Positions 59,947 through 64,000 of a stretch of 64,000 nt of DNA are shown in pieces. The stretch comes from Candidatus Cloacimonadales bacterium (GTDB lineage: Bacteria; Cloacimonadota; Cloacimonadia; Cloacimonadales; DAONDQ01). Location: NCBI GenBank assembly GCA_963662275.1, contig OY759316.1, positions 2,560,001 through 2,624,000 on the forward strand, in the 5' to 3' direction. The notes under the pieces are model-generated. The model searched no databases. It was not told where the DNA came from and worked only from the letters and a program-made list of their open reading frames with translations. Position numbers and translations under genes: made by a program. Every line of letters starts with the position of its first letter. Positions within the stretch are counted from its first letter, which is position 1.

Positions 59947-61791
59947 ATGTCCGAATTGCAGAAGCCTGAGATCAAGCTGGAAGTAAGGAAGAACCTGAAG
60001 AAGCTTCTCCCCTATATCTGGAAGGACAAGTACCTTTTCCTCTTCGGGCTTATCGCCATGATCATCACTTCCGGCATGAGACTTTTAGACCCTCTTATCC
60101 TGGCTCATATCATTGATTACAGCGTTCCCAAGCACAACATGAAGGATATGTTCACCTATGCCGGATACTTCATTGGTGTGATAGCCTTATCAGGCTTACT
60201 ATCCTATATCCAGATCATCCTGCTCTCTCGATTGGGAATCAAGATCATTACTGAATTCAAAGGGCATATCTTTGATCATTTATTAAAGCTGCCAATTTCC
60301 TATTTTGATAAGAACGCCGTCGGTGAGATCATCGCCCGTGTAGAAAGTGACAGTGAACGCGTTCGCATGCTCTTCACAGACTTGTCCGTAGCGATATTGG
60401 GTAATATCATTTTCTTCATTGGTATCTTCAGTGTGCTGCTTGTTAAGCAATGGAAAATCACATCACAATTGATTGTACCACTTATCGTTATCATCGTTCT
60501 TTATTCATTTGTCATTCGATATTTGAATAAGTTCTATAAGCGTTCTCGTGTCCTAAATGCGGATATCACTGCCAAGCTGACAGAGTTTTTACAGGGTATG
60601 CCCATTATCCAACTGTTCAATCAGCAGAAGCGAATTACTGCAAATTTATTCAAATCCAGCAACGAAAAGAAGGATGTGGATATCAAGGCTTCTTTTGTGG
60701 AATATGGCTTCCAAGGGTTCTTTTTCTTCGTTTTTAACATACTTTTCATGATACTCATCATCTTACTCTCGGCACCGAAGATCATCGCCCATACTATGAC
60801 GATTGGAACTCTCATCGTGTTTACGCAATATATCGCCCGTGTGATCTGGCCTCTGATGAATATCTCGGAGAACATCACCAACATCCAGAGAGCTTTTGTT
60901 TCCCTGCAGCGTATCTTCTCCATTACTGAATTGAAGACAGAATATGAAACCCTGGAAGGGAATGCAGAGCCGGTCTTCAATCATTCAATCGAATTCAGGA
61001 ATGTCTGGTTTGCCTATGATGAAAATGAATGGGTACTGCAGGATGTGAGCTTCTTCATTCCCAAAGGCGGAAAGATTGCCCTCGTTGGAGCTTCCGGTAG
61101 CGGTAAGACAACCACAATTAGTCTTATCTGCGGTTTCTACCGAATCCAGAAAGGTGAAATTCTGATTGATGGTGTGAATCTCTACAGCCTGGATATGAAA
61201 AAATGGAGACAGAAACTGGGATTGATTCTCCAGGATATCTATCTCTTCCCGGGTAACATTTTAGAGAATGTACGCATCTACAATGATGAGATAGATCAGT
61301 TGCAGGTTGATAAGGCAATTCGATTAGTGCAGGCACAGGACTTTGTGAACCAACTGCCACATGGCTTATACTCAGAGCTGGCTGAAAGAGGACAGAATAT
61401 CTCTCAGGGAGAAAAGCAGCTTATAAGCTTTGCTAGGGCGATTTGCTTTGAACCGGAAGTCGTCATTATGGACGAAGCAACTGCTTCCATTGACCAGCTC
61501 ACGGAATCCCGCATCCAGAATTCATTGCACACTATGCTGGAAGACAAAACGGCTATTATCGTGGCGCACCGGCTTGCTTCCATACTGGATTCAGATGAAA
61601 TACTCATGTTTCATGAGGGTAAGATCATCCATCGGGGAAATCACAATGAATTGTTAGAAACATCGATAGAGTATAAAAGACTTGTAGAATTGCAGTTCTT
61701 ATCAAATACAAATGAAGAGAGTTCGCCAAACCAAGAAGAATTGGCGAAGCGGAATTCGCCAAACCGAGAAGAGGATGCCAGCCATGAATGA
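59947..61791 (+). CDS. ABC exporter, fused permease/ATPase (MdlB-like half)
   Basis: TM domain; GASGSGKT, ISQGEKQ, MDEAT, AHRL. Confidence 0.92.
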   Translation: MSELQKPEIKLEVRKNLKKLLPYIWKDKYLFLFGLIAMIITSGMRLLDPLILAHIIDYSVPKHNMKDMFTYAGYFIGVIALSGLLSYIQIILLSRLGIKIITEFKGHIFDHLLKLPISYFDKNAVGEIIARVESDSERVRMLFTDLSVAILGNIIFFIGIFSVLLVKQWKITSQLIVPLIVIIVLYSFVIRYLNKFYKRSRVLNADITAKLTEFLQGMPIIQLFNQQKRITANLFKSSNEKKDVDIKASFVEYGFQGFFFFVFNILFMILIILLSAPKIIAHTMTIGTLIVFTQYIARVIWPLMNISENITNIQRAFVSLQRIFSITELKTEYETLEGNAEPVFNHSIEFRNVWFAYDENEWVLQDVSFFIPKGGKIALVGASGSGKTTTISLICGFYRIQKGEILIDGVNLYSLDMKKWRQKLGLILQDIYLFPGNILENVRIYNDEIDQLQVDKAIRLVQAQDFVNQLPHGLYSELAERGQNISQGEKQLISFARAICFEPEVVIMDEATASIDQLTESRIQNSLHTMLEDKTAIIVAHRLASILDSDEILMFHEGKIIHRGNHNELLETSIEYKRLVELQFLSNTNEESSPNQEELAKRNSPNREEDASHE

Positions 61792-63538
61792 GCATATTCG
61801 TTGGATAGGTAAACGCTGGTGGTCTAACCGGTATTATATCTTTTTACTGCTGCTAATGACATTGGTCAGCTCAGCAGTGGCGATCGGTTATCCTTTCCTT
61901 TTCAAGAAGCTGATCGATGTGCTCAATGCTATTCTTCTCCATCCAGACAAGTATCCGAGTCCGATGAAAGAAGTGTATAAAATATGCTGGTTCTTCCTCT
62001 GGGTAGGTGTGGCACAATTTATCTCCGCTTTCTATCCCGCAATGCGTGCATATATGAATCAGTACTTCGAACATCACTTGAGAATGGAGTTCTTTACGTA
62101 TTGTACGAAAAAGGATTACAAATTCTTCAATCACTTCCGTACAGGTGATTTGGTTACTCGCTTAACCAATGATTTGAGTGACTTCCCAAAGATCGGCTGG
62201 TTCCTCTGCTCCGGTATTTTCAGAGCACTGAGTTCCTTTTCCAGTATCTTTTTTAGTCTAATCGTCATGTTCAACCTGCATTGGAAACTGACCTTGCTAT
62301 CTGTTGCCCCATTACCCCTGATGATGGTGATCTTCTACATTACTTCCAATCGTCTGTATCAGAACTTTCAGAAAAACCAGCAGGCAATCAGTAATATCAA
62401 TAGTCAATTGGAGATGAGCTTTTCCGGTGTAAGAATCATTAAGTCCTTTGTCTGTGAAGAGAAGTATCAACGGTTTTTCAATATCGCTCTTCAGAAACGT
62501 TTCAAGACTGAGATGTCCGTTATCAAGCTGAATGCCGTTCTCGGTTTGATCTACCAGTATATTGGCTACATAGCACAGATATCTGTGATCGTGTTCGGTG
62601 GTTACCTTGTCGTGAAAGGTGAAATTACCGTTGGTACCTTCGTAGTATTCTATACTTATCTTTCCATGATGATCTATCCGCTATTGGATTTACCCCAGCT
62701 CTTTGTATCCGGCAAGCAGGCATTTGTTTGCATCGACCGCCTGGAAGAGATGAAGGACTTCCCCACTTCCTATACTAGCGAAACAGGTTTAAAGAAGATA
62801 GATCATTTGGAGTCCATAGAATTCAGGAATGTGAGCTTCCAATATAATGAGAAAACAAATATGATCCTGGATAATGTATCCTTCCGTTTAGAAAAAAGTG
62901 AAAAAACACTGATACTCGGAGCAATCGGTACTGGGAAATCAACAATACTGGGATTGATCACAGGTATTTTGAAACCCGAAGCAGGCGGTATATTCGTGAA
63001 TGACATGCCAATTGAAGATATCGACCTGGTTTCCCTGCGTTCCAAGATAGGTTATGTTCCGCAAGAACCTCTGCTATTCACAGGAAGTATCAAGGAAAAT
63101 ATCCATTTCGGCAATGAAGCCCTTGACCAGGAATGGTATGATAAAGTACTGCATGCTTCTCAAATGTATGAAGAGATAGAACAATTCAAAGACAAGGACG
63201 AAACCTTACTTGGGCAGCGTGGAGTCAGTGTGTCCGGTGGTCAGAAACAGAGAATTGCCATTGCGAGGGCATTATCACGTCAGCCTGAGCTGCTGATATT
63301 TGATGATATTACAGCCAGCCTGGATGCTGATAATGAACAGAAACTCTGGAATGATATTCTACAGATATACCCTGATGTGACCTCCCTGATGGTATCGCAT
63401 AGGTTATCAACTCTTCGATATGCGGATAGTGTGATCTTCCTTGATTCAGATCATAGACTTGTGAAGTCATCGCATGAAGAGCTCCTGGCAAATGATTCAG
63501 CCTACCAGACATTCATGCTGGAGCGGGAGAAAACGTAG
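61784..63538 (+). CDS. ABC exporter, fused permease/ATPase (MdlA-like half, degenerate Walker B)
   Basis: RTGDLVTRLTND, GAIGTGKS, VSGGQKQR, FDD, SHRLS; overlaps the previous stop. Confidence 0.92.
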   Translation: MNEHIRWIGKRWWSNRYYIFLLLLMTLVSSAVAIGYPFLFKKLIDVLNAILLHPDKYPSPMKEVYKICWFFLWVGVAQFISAFYPAMRAYMNQYFEHHLRMEFFTYCTKKDYKFFNHFRTGDLVTRLTNDLSDFPKIGWFLCSGIFRALSSFSSIFFSLIVMFNLHWKLTLLSVAPLPLMMVIFYITSNRLYQNFQKNQQAISNINSQLEMSFSGVRIIKSFVCEEKYQRFFNIALQKRFKTEMSVIKLNAVLGLIYQYIGYIAQISVIVFGGYLVVKGEITVGTFVVFYTYLSMMIYPLLDLPQLFVSGKQAFVCIDRLEEMKDFPTSYTSETGLKKIDHLESIEFRNVSFQYNEKTNMILDNVSFRLEKSEKTLILGAIGTGKSTILGLITGILKPEAGGIFVNDMPIEDIDLVSLRSKIGYVPQEPLLFTGSIKENIHFGNEALDQEWYDKVLHASQMYEEIEQFKDKDETLLGQRGVSVSGGQKQRIAIARALSRQPELLIFDDITASLDADNEQKLWNDILQIYPDVTSLMVSHRLSTLRYADSVIFLDSDHRLVKSSHEELLANDSAYQTFMLEREKT

Positions 63539-63793
63539 CAGAAGGTTATAGGTTATAGGTTCTAGGGGCTGGGTGTTAGATAGTAGATTTGAAGATCGGT
63601 TCATATCGATACAATTTCTCCTGCGTCGAAATCACTCAATGAACCGTATCTTTTATCCTTCTCTGAACCTGATACCTGTGACCTGACACCTGAAACCTAG
63701 CTTGATGAAAATAATTATTGACTGAAAACATGATTCGAATTTCAAAAACCTCTAGAGAATAGATTAAACATACTTCCAAAAGGAGTTCGTTAA

Positions 63794-64000
63794 ATGAAGA
63801 AAATATCCATTATCGTTCTTATGCTGCTATTTATATTCGCAACAGTAGTATTAATAGCACAAACACCAAAGAAAGCAACTACAACGAACAAGAGTACAAC
63901 CGGTAAGAGCACTTCAAAAAATACTGCCACAACTGCCAAGAAACCAGCTTCACGACAGGTAGTAGGAACAATTGGTACGAAAAAGATCTATCTCGATGAA
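63794..64000 (+). CDS. 3'-truncated exported protein (possibly SurA/PrsA-like foldase N-terminus)
   Basis: AGGAG RBS; signal peptide MKKISIIVLMLLFIFATVVLIA; T/K-rich linker; VVGTIGTKKIYLDE; open to the window end. Confidence 0.55.
   Translation, partial: MKKISIIVLMLLFIFATVVLIAQTPKKATTTNKSTTGKSTSKNTATTAKKPASRQVVGTIGTKKIYLDE

Overview
AT-rich bacterial chromosomal window. Six proteins carry the FlgD-Ig/T9SS-like C-terminal sorting domain (..YPNPFNP..IYN.KGQ.V..SG.YFY..K...LK), which suggests Candidatus Cloacimonadota or a related FCB lineage (inference). Housekeeping blocks: 2-oxoacid:ferredoxin oxidoreductase delta/alpha/beta/gamma + mce, cmk-ispH-rpsA, trpF, tRNA-Pro(CGG), a heterodimeric ABC exporter, and crcB with a fluoride riboswitch. 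Accessory modules: an ABC-ATPase + TOPRIM-like pair; a Dlt/AlgI-like acylation cluster with an unannotated 52-aa DltX-like ORF; a decaying toxin-antitoxin patch with a 477-bp duplication; an ADCY10-like cyclase-STAND-TPR; an HD-domain + giant KaiC-like ATPase operon; and two apparently complete IS elements (IS21 and IS4 families) with target-site duplications. Best candidates for undescribed systems: the HD/KaiC-like operon (46254-52448) and the dltX-like/ACP/MBOAT/SGNH cluster (21113-26304). rpsA has a -1 frameshift before a long acidic tail. No CRISPR array, rRNA or reverse transcriptase was seen. All family calls come from motif recognition by eye, not database searches.
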